Below, one piece after another: positions 1 to 9,800 of a stretch of DNA of 64,000 nt (positions within the stretch are counted from its first letter, which is position 1; the number at the start of each line of letters is the position of its first letter). The notes below the pieces were generated by a model. That model worked only from the letters and a program-made list of their open reading frames with translations. It was not told where the DNA came from and made no database searches. The translations under genes and the position numbers were made by a program. Origin of the DNA: an uncultured Chloroflexia bacterium (GTDB taxonomy: Bacteria; Chloroflexota; Limnocylindria; Limnocylindrales; CSP1-4). The stretch spans positions 141,988 to 205,987 of the forward strand of contig CAVUGM010000004.1 in the NCBI GenBank assembly GCA_963741085.1, read 5' to 3'.

Positions 1-360
1 GCTGCCTCATGTGCAACTACAACATCTGGTTCGACCCGTTCCGCTGCGTGCTCTGCGGGGCGTGCGCGGACGTCTGCCCGGAAGGCGTCATCCACATGGT
101 CGACGTCAACCAGGTGAAGCTCGGAGGGCAACCTGCCCGAGCTCGAGGAGGCGTACGGCTGGAGCCAGGGAGCGGCGATGATCCTCGACGAGGAGCGCTG
201 CATCCGCTGCGCCCTGTGCGTGAAGCGCTGCCCGTTCGACGCCATTACGATGGAGCGGTTCGAGCTCCAGGAAGTCTCGACCGACGGGCGGCTGTACAAA
301 GAGTCGTACCGTGACGCGCAGCTGGCCGGGACGCCCGGCGTCGCAGGAGGAGCCAGGTAG
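1..360 (+). CDS. C-terminal part of a 4Fe-4S dicluster protein, probably a GltD-like FAD oxidoreductase (5' end outside window, one frameshift)
   Basis: CLMC followed by CVLCGACADVCP (ORF 9..314) and CIRCALCVKRCP (ORF 178..360); stop abuts the cytochrome b start. Confidence 0.75.
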
Positions 361-1089
361 GTGAGCTTCCTGGAGCGGGTGGATCAGACGATCCGGCGGA
401 GTCCCGTCTTCCGGTCCATCTTCCGCAACCCGTACCCCAACGACGAGCGGTCGCGGGCGTACGCGGTGATGAACAACGTGTTCCTGCACCTGCACCCGGT
501 GCGCGTGCGCCAGCACGCCGTCAAGTTCGCCTACACCTTCTGCCTGGGCGGGCTGTCGTTCTTCCTGTTCCTGGTCCTGACCGTGACGGGCGTCTACCTG
601 ATGTTCTTCTACGCCCCGACGTCCACCTCGGCCTACTCGGACATCCTCAACATCCAGGCGCAGGTGCCGTTCGGGCTCCTCACCCGCAACATCCACCGGT
701 GGGCCGCCCACCTGATGGTCTTCTTCGTCTTCCTGCACATGATGCGGGTCTTCTACCACGGGGCCTACAAGCCGCCGCGTGAGTTCAACTGGGTCGTCGG
801 GGTCATCCTCCTCTTCCTGACCCTGATGCTCAGCTTCACGGGCTACCTGCTCCCATGGGACCAGATCGCCTACTGGGCGATCACGATCGGGTCCAACATG
901 GCCGGCTACGCCCCGCTCTTCAACACGCCGAGCAAGCTCCTGCTCCTTGGCGGGCTGGAGGTGAGCGGCAACACCCTGCTCCGCTTCTACGTCCTCCACA
1001 TCATGGTCTTCCCGCTCGTCGGGGCGATCTTCATGGCCGTCCACTTCTGGCGGATCCGGAAGGACGGCGGGATCTCAGGCCCGCTATGA
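361..1089 (+). CDS. petB: Cytochrome b, N-terminal b6-type subunit of a Rieske/cytochrome b complex
   Basis: 242 aa; heme histidines in IHRWAAH..FLHMMRV and LHIMVFP..AVHFW; TFCLGG heme-ci Cys motif; C-terminal GGISGPL. Confidence 0.92.
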   Translation: MSFLERVDQTIRRSPVFRSIFRNPYPNDERSRAYAVMNNVFLHLHPVRVRQHAVKFAYTFCLGGLSFFLFLVLTVTGVYLMFFYAPTSTSAYSDILNIQAQVPFGLLTRNIHRWAAHLMVFFVFLHMMRVFYHGAYKPPREFNWVVGVILLFLTLMLSFTGYLLPWDQIAYWAITIGSNMAGYAPLFNTPSKLLLLGGLEVSGNTLLRFYVLHIMVFPLVGAIFMAVHFWRIRKDGGISGPL

Positions 1090-1226
1090 ACGGGAACGCC
1101 ATGACGGCCCATCGCTTCGTGGTCGCCTCCGCGCGCTCGCTCACGCACGCCGAGGTGCGCACGCTCGCGCGCTCGTCTCCGCCTCGCGCTGGGCGCGCCC
1201 TGGCGTCCCCGAGGGTGGCGGCATGA
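1086..1226 (+). repeat. ATGA-bounded palindromic mini-ORF element (46 codons) between cytochrome b and subunit IV
   Basis: Starts at ATGA 1086-1089 (overlaps upstream stop), ends at ATGA 1223-1226 (overlaps downstream start); internal hairpin cgcac-gccgag-gtgcg flanked by gcgcgc. Confidence 0.5.
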
Positions 1227-1820
1227 CCGACCCGAAGAGCCCGCCCGAGCGCCGCGCCGTCGCTGCCGGTCGACCCGACGCGGCGGACCGAGATCGACAA
1301 GCAGCGCGTGCCGATGTCGGCGCGCCCGTACCGGCTCCTCGCGCTGGTCAAGCAGGACGCCGTCGTCCGTGTCCAGAAGGAGCCGGACGACACGGTCATG
1401 ACCTGGCCGCACCTGCTCACGATCGAGTTCCTGGCCGCGGCCGCCATGAGCGTCTTCGTCCTCTTCATGGGGCTCATCGTGAACGCGCCCCTCGAGGAGC
1501 TGGCCAACCCGAACGTGACGCCCGAGGTGGCGAAGGCGCCCTGGTACTTCCTGGGCCTCCAGGAGCTGCTTGCCTACTTCCACCCGGCGGTGGCGGGCGC
1601 GCTCGTGCCGATCTTCGTGCTGGTCGGGGCGGCCCTCGTCCCGTTCGTCGACACGGGCAACCTCGCCGCGGTGCGGCCCTCGGAGCGCAAGACCACGGTG
1701 ATCCTGTTCACCCTCTTCTGCGGCCTGGGCCTGCTCGTCACCTTCATCGGGATCTTCTTCCGGGGCCCCGGCTACTCGTTCATCCTTCCCTGGGTGAACG
1801 GCTTCTTCTTCACCCTGTGA
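1223..1820 (+). CDS. petD: Cytochrome b6f subunit IV-like protein (frameshift near 1250)
   Basis: ORF 1308..1820: TWPHLL, ANPNVTP, KAPWYFLGLQELL (PEWY equivalent), three TM helices. Confidence 0.85.
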
Positions 1821-1851
1821 CCGGCGCAGCGAGGAGACGGGACCGGAGCGC

Positions 1852-2520
1852 ATGAGCAACTACCACGTCGAGCCGGCGAGCAAGCCCCAGGCGCTCACCT
1901 CCGAGGCGCTCAAGTCCCTGCGCAACGAGGCCCCCAAGGGCCTGTCCCGCCGCCAGCTCCTGCGCACCTCGCTGGGCGCCGGGATCGGCCTCTGGCTGCT
2001 GGAGGTCGGTGCCGGCACGATCAGCTTCCTGTGGCCCAACCTGTCGGGCGGCTTCGGGGGCAAGGTCACGATCGGGACGTACACCCAGATCAAGAACACG
2101 AACGCGAGCCTGCCGATCTCGCAGGGCTTCCCGGCCTACTACCAGGAGGCACGGGCGTTCGTCATCCTGGTGGATCCCTCGCGCCAGGAGTTCATCCCCG
2201 GCACCGACACCAAGGGCGACGGCACGGCGCTCAACGTGCGGGCCCTCTACCAGCGCTGCCCGCACCTGGGCTGCAAGCCCAACCCGTGCGTGAAGAACTT
2301 CTGGCTCGAGTGCCCTTGCCACGGCTCGCGCTACGACCGACTCGGCACGAAGGTGAAGGAGCTGGGGCCGGCGCCCCGGAGCATGGACCGCTTCAGCGAA
2401 ACCGTCGAAGCAGATGGGACGCTGACCCTCGACACCAGCAAGATCACCCTCGGTCCCCTCCCGATCGCGCTCGGCCAGCCGGGCCTGGAGCCGGCGAAGA
2501 GCCCGACGGGGTGCATCTGA
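1852..2520 (+). CDS. petC: Rieske 2Fe-2S subunit
   Basis: Tat-like SRRQLL plus TM helix; CPHLGC and CPCHGS boxes. Confidence 0.92.
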   Translation: MSNYHVEPASKPQALTSEALKSLRNEAPKGLSRRQLLRTSLGAGIGLWLLEVGAGTISFLWPNLSGGFGGKVTIGTYTQIKNTNASLPISQGFPAYYQEARAFVILVDPSRQEFIPGTDTKGDGTALNVRALYQRCPHLGCKPNPCVKNFWLECPCHGSRYDRLGTKVKELGPAPRSMDRFSETVEADGTLTLDTSKITLGPLPIALGQPGLEPAKSPTGCI

Positions 2521-2551
2521 TGCCGGCCGCCCTCCAGCCCCGAGGCAACCG

Positions 2552-3599
2552 ATGACCGACCAGCCCGGCCCGCCGCGCGACGAGCAGCGCCTCCCGGTTC
2601 CCCGGGAGCCCGTCGAGATCGCCCCCACGGAGCGCTTCAGCGCGCCAGCCCAGGCCCATTCGTTCGGGCTGACCCCCGAGCGGGCCGCCAAGATCGTGCG
2701 CCAGAGCGGCAGCTCGCGGTGGGTCGCGTTCCTGGCCGTGACCCTCGTCACGATCTTCGTCATCGGCTACTACTTCTACGAGCTTGGCGTCCCCGGCGTC
2801 CCCGATTCCAGCCGGCTGGAGAAGGAGGCCTCGGCGCAGGCGGTCACGAGCGTGCAGCGTGGCTACGCGCTGTTCGAGGCCAACTGTGCGCGCTGCCACG
2901 GCGCCCAGGGCCAGGGCTTGATCGGGCCGGTCCTCAACGATCAGGCGAAGCTCCTGACCCACCTGACCGAGAAGTACATCACGACGGTCCTCACGGTCGG
3001 CGGGCGCTACGTGTGCGGAGACGCGAACTCACTCATGCCAGCCTGGCTCGAGCCCAACGGGCCGCTCAACTACGTGCAGGTCGACGAGATCGTGTCGTTC
3101 CTGCGGGCGCCGAACACGATGACGTATACGGCGGTCGATCCGACGACGGGGGCGACGAGCCAGTCTCCCGGCTGGCGTGACCCCAACTACGTGATGCCGC
3201 CCGACCGCGACGCCGGTGCCCGCCTGCTGGAAGGACGCGTTCCTCACGGGCGGCAGCCCGGCTCCGTCGGGAGCGGCCTCGCCCGCGGCTTCCAGCCCGG
3301 CCGCCAGCACGGCACCCGGCCAGGGCACAGTCCTCACGCTGACGGCCGAGAACATCCGGTACGACAAGGTCACGCTGCAGGCGCCCGCCAGCCAGCCATT
3401 CCAGATCACGTTCACCAACAACGACGCCGGCACCCCCCACAACGTGGAGATCCTGCGCGACGGGATCTCGGTGTGGAAGGGCGAGATCTTCAGCGGCGTG
3501 GACATGCGTACGTACGACGTGCCGGCCCTCGCCGCGGGGTCCTACACGTTCGTCTGCTCGGTGCACCCGAGCATGAAGGGCACGCTCGAGGTCAAGTAG
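2552..3599 (+). CDS. Membrane-anchored cytochrome c fused to a C-terminal cupredoxin domain (frameshift near 3205)
   Basis: TM helix, CARCH, axial Met in LMPAW; second frame 3216..3599 has an SPAASS linker and type-1 Cu ligands PHN...CSVHPSM. Confidence 0.85.
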
Positions 3600-3645
3600 C
3601 AGGCTCCGGACCGCGCGGGTCCGGCCGACGGTCACGGGAGGAACG

Positions 3646-5132
3646 ATGGCGGCTCAGGCGCTCGGTCCCGGCACGACGATCGTCCGACGACGCGCCTTCT
3701 TCGGGCTGCTCGACGCCGGCGGCTGGGCCTGGGCGTTCCTCAAGGCCGTTCTTCTGGTTCGTCGTGATCGTCATGATGATCGCCTGGCTTCCGGACCGGG
3801 CGCTGTATGCCACCGTTCAGCCCACGATCGAGCTCGGGGTGCCGCTCTCGACGTTCAACAGCAGCCTCGACGTGACTCCGATCAACCTGTGCCCGCCGAC
3901 CATCCAGACGCTGCCCTGCCCGGCCCCGGTCGGCGCCGTCCTGCCCTGGCAGCCGAACCCGCCCGAGCTGGGTCTGCCCGCAGGCGCGCACCAACGCGGC
4001 GATCGTCGCCGCCGGCCGCCAGACGCTCCTCGTCGGCGGCTCGGACGGCAAGGCCGCCCAGGCGAGCGTCTTCGCCACCGTGCTCCGATCAGACGGCAAC
4101 ATCGACGGCTGGAACGCAGGCCCGGCCCTGCCGGCTCCCCGCGCCGGTGCCGCGGCGGTCTTCTTCTCGGGCTCGGCGTACGTCATCGGGGGCCTCGACG
4201 CCGGCGGCCAGCCGACCGACACGGTCTTCGTCGGCACGCCTGACGCCAGCGGCAACGTCACCTCGTGGACCGAGTCCACGGACCTCAAGCTCCCCGCCCC
4301 CATCGCCGATGCGACAGCGATCGTCACGGGGGACGGGATCTTCCTCGTCGGCGGGCGGGACGCCAAGGGCCCGGTCGCCAACGTCTGGAAGGCCCAGCTC
4401 GTCTCCACGACCGGCAAGCTCAAGCCCTGGCAGCCGGCCGCGGCGCTGCCGGCACCCCGCGAGGGGGCGACGGCGGTTCTCGCAGGGACGCACCTGTTCG
4501 TCTACGGCGGCGAGGACGCCAGCGGCCCGACCGCCGTGGTCGTGCGCGGTGAGATCGGCACGTCTGGCGACCAGCTCGGCCAGATCACCGGCTGGTCCAC
4601 GCCGACCGCGGATGCGGCCGCCACGACGAACCTCCCGAAGGCTGCCCGAGGCGCCGTCGGCTTCGTCTCCAACGGGACCCTCTACTACGTGGGCGGCGAG
4701 GGAAGCGGGACGCTGTACTGGACGATCCCCGACACCCAGGGCAACCTGACGGGCTGGAAGACGCTCGCCCAGAGCAACCTGCCGGCGAACCTGCAGCTTG
4801 TCGATGCTGCGCCGATCGTCAACGGCTCGAACGCCTTCCTGATCGGCGGCACGGCCGGTGGGGCGCCGACGCAGGGGATCGCGCGGGCGAACCTGGCGCC
4901 GCCCCTGCCGTTCTTCCGCCTCGGCCTCTTCTACGTCACCCTGCCGGCGCTCGGAATCCAGGGAGAGGTTGGCCAGCAGCTCTCGTACCTCGTCGCCGCC
5001 GGCGTGGCGACGACGGACTTCGTCATCCTGCTGATCATCGGTTACGCGTACAACCACCCCAAGCAGACCGGGCTCTTCTTCAACCGGATCCGCGACCGCC
5101 GCCGTCGCCGCGGTGGCCCACCCACTGCCTGA
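3646..5132 (+). CDS. Membrane-anchored Kelch-repeat beta-propeller protein (two frameshifts)
   Basis: N-terminal TM, repeats YVIGG, FLVGG, FVYGG, YYVGG, FLIGG, C-terminal TM and basic tail; pieced from ORFs starting at 3646, 2552 and 4080. Confidence 0.75.
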
Positions 5133-5139
5133 CCCCTCG

Positions 5140-5511
5140 TCAGGCGGGGTCGCCCTCTCCCGGCGCGAGGGGGCCACGCCGGACCGGCAGTCCCGCGCGC
5201 TCCCAGGCCGTCATCCCGCCGGCCACGTTGACGACGTCCGCCAAGCAGTTCCGCAGGAGCCAGGCGGTCACGGCCGCCGAGTGGCTGCCGCTGGCGCAGA
5301 CGACGTGGAGCGTACGGTCCCGGGGAAGGTCCTGGGAGCGCAACAGAAACGACGAGGTCGGGTAAAGGACGGCGCCCGGCGCCCGGACCGGCAGGCCGCC
5401 GAGGCGGCCGAGGAGGCGACGTCAACGTCGCCACTCCTCGTGGACGTTCGCGAGCGCGACGGAGTTCGTCCAGACGTCGATCGTGGGAATAGGGGGCTGG
5501 CGACTGAACAT
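5140..5511 (-). pseudogene. Single-domain rhodanese interrupted by an internal 84-bp inversion
   Basis: N-terminus MFSRQPPIPTIDV and C-terminus VVCASGSHSAAV..NVAGGMTAW on minus; the missing LLVDVRERD segment reads on the plus strand at 5389-5472. Confidence 0.75.
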
Positions 5512-6053
5512 CAGGCGCCGCCCTTGGTTCGGATCGCGGGGAGATGGAGACCGAGAGGTGGCTGCCACGATCGCGCGGGCGGCCCGGCGACCTCGTGGGA
5601 GGGCGGATCGGGGAGGCGGTCCTTCGCTTCCGGGCTCGCGGGCGTGCCCATCGTCACTTCGGCCAGGCACGCGTCAACGTCGTGGATCAGCGCCGGCAGG
5701 TCCATGCCGGCGTCCAGCCCCGCGTCCTGCGCCCGTGCCAGGCGCTCCCGCGAACCGCGCAGGTTGGTCGCTACGCCGGCGGGATTGCCGCGGGCCGCGT
5801 GCACGCCGGCGGCTGCCAGCTTGATGAGCCCGGCCAGCAGCTCGCGCTCCGCCGGGTCGTCGGCGGCCATCCAGGCCGGCTCGAGCTCCTCGTGGGCCAG
5901 GTAGAAGGCGCCGCGGGCATAGGCGTCGAGGCCGCGTGCCTGGGCGGCCGCGCGCTCCGACTCCGGCAGGGGACGGTACGCCTTGGACCGGCCGCGGGGA
6001 TCGACGATGCGGCCCGGCGCATCGGCCGGCAGGAAGGAGCCGTCTCCCGTCAT
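5511..6053 (-). CDS. DUF309 family protein
   Basis: GLDAYARGAFYLAHEELEPAW...GLIKLAAAGVH motif; stop overlaps the rhodanese ATG. Confidence 0.75.
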   Translation of the reverse strand: MTGDGSFLPADAPGRIVDPRGRSKAYRPLPESERAAAQARGLDAYARGAFYLAHEELEPAWMAADDPAERELLAGLIKLAAAGVHAARGNPAGVATNLRGSRERLARAQDAGLDAGMDLPALIHDVDACLAEVTMGTPASPEAKDRLPDPPSHEVAGPPARSWQPPLGLHLPAIRTKGGA

Positions 6054-6493
6054 CGCAGCTCGACGAGTGGCTTGCGTCCCGCGACCCCGGCCGTGAGCTC
6101 GTGCCACCAGGCGACGTCATCCTCGCCAAGGCGCCAGCAGAGCCACACCTGGCGGCCGTTGACCAGCGCGGGGAAGTCGATCAGGCCGGTCTCGATGTCG
6201 CGGAGGGTGATGCTCCGGCCGTCGAGGCGCTCGACCGCCGCCTGCATCTGGTCGATCACCGCCTGCATCCGCGCCGCGAGGACCTGCGACGACTCGGGGG
6301 TGCCGGCGCTCGCGTCCGTCAGCGCCTCGTCGACGAGGGAGCCGCGCCCGCCGGGAACCTCCGCGCCGCTTGCGGCATGCAGGCGATCGCGAAGGGTGAC
6401 GAGCTCCCTCCGCCGGGCCTGCAGGTCCTCCAGGATGCCGCGTACCTCCGCGAGCTGCGCGTTCGCCCGGTCGAGTGTGTAGAAGGTTGCCAC
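6050..6493 (-). CDS. DUF2203 family protein
   Basis: FYTLDRANAQL; LRDIETGLIDFP; LCWRLGE..WWHELTAGVAGRKPL. Confidence 0.85.
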   Translation of the reverse strand: MATFYTLDRANAQLAEVRGILEDLQARRRELVTLRDRLHAASGAEVPGGRGSLVDEALTDASAGTPESSQVLAARMQAVIDQMQAAVERLDGRSITLRDIETGLIDFPALVNGRQVWLCWRLGEDDVAWWHELTAGVAGRKPLVELR

Positions 6494-6622
6494 GCGGCCA
6501 TTCTACCGAGGGAGTCGCAGGGGCCCCCGGGGCGCGCTGCTCCCGCCCACACCGCCGTCGCTGCCCGGCCGGGTGGCCGGGCGCGCCTGCGCCGGCTCGG
6601 CCCGCTATCGTTCGGAGAGCGT

Positions 6623-6697
6623 GGGCCCGTAGCTCAGTGGCAGAGCGAGGGACTTTTAATCCCTGCGTCCTGGGTTCGAATCCCAGCGGGCTCACCA
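6623..6697 (+). tRNA. tRNA-Lys(TTT)
   Basis: Acceptor gggcccg/cgggctc, anticodon arm aggga-ctTTTaa-tccct, GGTTCGAATCC T arm, encoded CCA. Confidence 0.95.
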
Positions 6698-6821
6698 GCG
6701 TTCTTCGTCCCCAGACCGCGCCGTTGTCGATCTCGACCGCGAGGGCAACCGACGGATGCCCTGCTGAGGAGATCGACGATGAGGCTGGTCTCGGACGCCC
6801 CCCGACGGCCATGATGGCACG

Positions 6822-9800
6822 ATGACGACGCGCTGCGACGCATGTGCGACCGAGAACCCGGCCACCTCCCGTTTCTGCGGGAGCTGCGGGGCCGCGCTCG
6901 GCCAGCGCTGCCCGGTCTGCTCGGCTCCGGTCATCCGTGGCTTCCGCTACTGCGGCTCATGCGGCACCGAGCTGGCGGCCGAGCCGACTCGCTCAACGAG
7001 CGGAGCCGACGGCACGGGCGAGTCTTTCGCGAGCCGGACCGGCGAGCCGATCGCCGTCGTGCCGAGCGCCGAGCGGCGACGCGTGTCGATCCTGTTCGTC
7101 GACCTCGTCTCCTTCACGGCCCGATCCGAGGACCGCGATCCGGAGGAGGTTCAGGAGCTGCTGGCCCGCTACTTCGAGTCCTGCCGCGGGATCATCGCCC
7201 GCTACGGCGGGACGGTCGAGAAGTTCATCGGCGACGCGGTCATGGCGATGTGGGGCGCGCCCGTCGCGCACGAGGACGACGCGGAGCGGGCCGTGCGGGC
7301 GGCCGTCGAGCTTGTGGCCGCGGTCGCCGCGGTCGGGGAGCAGGTCGGCCTGCCGCGGCTCGCGGCGCGGGCCGGGGTGGTCAGCGGCGAGGCGGCGGTC
7401 ACGGTGGGCGCCGTCGGCCAGGGAATGGTCGCCGGGGACGTGGTGAACACGGCCTCGAGGCTGCAGGCGGCGGCGCGAGCGGGGACCGTCCTCGTGGACG
7501 AGTCCACGTACCGCGCCGTTCACGGTTCCGTGACCTTCGAGCGGGCCGGGGAGCGATCGCTCAAGGGAAAGCGTCTGCCGGTCCCGGCCTGGGAGGCCGG
7601 AAAGGTCGTTGCGCGCCGACGAGGCGAGGGCCGGAGCGTCCTGCCCGAGGGCCCGCTGGTGGGCCGCGAAAGCCTCGTGGCGATCGTCAAGAGTCTCCTC
7701 GCGGCCGTCCGCGACGAGCGCAGCCCGAGGCTCGTCTCGCTCTTCGGCCAAGCCGGCCTGGGCAAGAGCCGAATCGCCTGGGAGCTCGAGAAGTACGTCG
7801 ACGGCGTGGTCGAGAAGATCCGCTGGCATCGGGCCCGCTCGCCGGCCTATGGCGAGGGTCTCGCGTTCTGGGCCCTGGCCGAGATGGTCCGCAGCCGGGC
7901 CGAGATCACCGAGGACGATCCCCCAGATGTCGCCCGCCGACGGCTCGCCGCCTGTCTTGCCACGTACGTCCCCGACGAGGGGGAGCGGCGCTGGATCGCA
8001 CCCTACCTGGCCGGGCTCATCGGCGCCGGCCCGGTGCCCGGTGGCGAGCGCGCCGAGGCCTTCGCCGCGTGGCGGACCTTCTTCGAGCGGGTCGCCGACA
8101 CCGCCACCACCGTCCTCGTGTTCGACGATCTGCAGTGGGCCGATCCCGGCCTGCTCGACTTCATCGAGTACCTCGTCGACGCCTCGACCGGGCGACCGAT
8201 CCTGGTCGTCACCCTCGCTCGGCCGCAGCTCCTCGACATGCGTCCCACGTGGGGCGCCGGCCGGCGCAACTTCATCGCCCTCCACCTCGACCCGCTCCCA
8301 CCCCCGGCCATGGCCCAGCTGCTCGGAGACCTCGCCCCGGGTCTGCCCGCCGACGTCGCCGAACGCATCCTCGAGCGGGCCGAGGGTATTCCTCTCTACG
8401 CCGTCGAGATCCTCCGGATGCTGGTCGACCGTGGCGCGCTCGAGGCGGTCGACGGGGTCTATGAGGTCCGGAGCCGGCTCGAGCGACTGGCCATCCCGGA
8501 GAGCCTCCACGCCCTCGTCGCTGCCCGGCTTGACGACCTCGAACCGATTGATCGGGCGCTCGTCCGCCACGCTGCCGTGCTCGGGCAGGCGTTCCTGCCG
8601 GCCGCCCTGGCCGCCATCGACGGAATTGAGGCCGGGGCAGTCGAGCCCCATCTCCGGCGGCTGGTTCAGCGGGAGCTCCTTTCGCTCGAGACCGACGAGC
8701 GGTCGCCGAGCCGCGACCGCTACCGGTTCGCCGAGGCGCTCGTCCGGGAGGTCGCCTATGGCACCCTGTCGCTGCGCGACAGGCGCGAGCGGCACCTGGC
8801 CGCCGCCGCCTACTTCGAGTCGGTCGACGATCCCGACCTCGCCGGCGCCATCGCCAGCCATGTCCTGTCGGCCTATCGGTCAGGGCCGCCAGCCCGGCCC
8901 GACCCGGGGCTCGCGACCCGAGCTGTGACCGCCCTGCGCGCTGCTGCCGATCGGGCGGCCGCGCTCCACTCGCCCGCGCAAGCGCTGGAGTACCTCGAGG
9001 GCGCCCTCTCGGTGACCGCCGACGACACCGAGCGGGCGCAGCTCTGGGAGCAGGCTGCGATCGCCGCCCAGGCGACCGCACGTCTGAAAGATGCCGCCAG
9101 CTATGCCCGTCAGGCCGTGGACTGGCACGCGGCCCACGGGGATCGCTCGGCCCGGGCGCGGACGACCGCGCGGCTGGGTTCCATCCTTGCCCTCGAGTAC
9201 GAGACCGAGGCGTCGATCGCCGTCGTCCGGGCCGCCCTCGACGAGCTCGTCGGCGACGGCGTCCTGGGCGACGATCCGGAGCTCGTCGGGCTCATGGCCA
9301 ACCTGGCCCGGGCATATCTCCTTGGCGGCCGGTTCGAGGACGCCGTCGCGTGGGCTGAACGGGCCATCCGGGAGGCCGAGCGGCTCGGCCTCCGGACGAT
9401 CGTAGCCGAGGCGCTGGCGACCAAGGGTGCGGCCCGGCTCGAGGAGGGCCGCAACGCGGAAGGGATCGGACTGCTTCGCGGATCCCTGGCGATGTCCGAG
9501 GAGCACGGCCTGGTCGTGCCGGCGCTCCGGGCCCGGAACAGCATCGCGGTGGGCCTGTTGACCGATGACCCGCGGGCCGCCTTCGCGATGTCGGATGCCG
9601 GGCTCGAGACGGCCCGGCGTCTCGGGCTGCTCGACGTGGCCGTGCGACTGGCCAGCAACTGGGCCGGGGCTGGGCTCGACATCGGGGCCTGGGACCAGGT
9701 CCTGGCTACGATCAGCGAGCTCGACCACGACGACCTGCCGGTCCCGGACCGGATCGACCTCGGCTCGGTGGTGGCCACGATCCTGACCTGGCGCGGCGAG

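Noticed and set aside
2552-4243. 563-aa cytochrome c-Kelch fusion ORF
   Set aside because: Frameshift read-through; the middle part is nonsense and the Kelch gene has its own RBS and ATG at 3646
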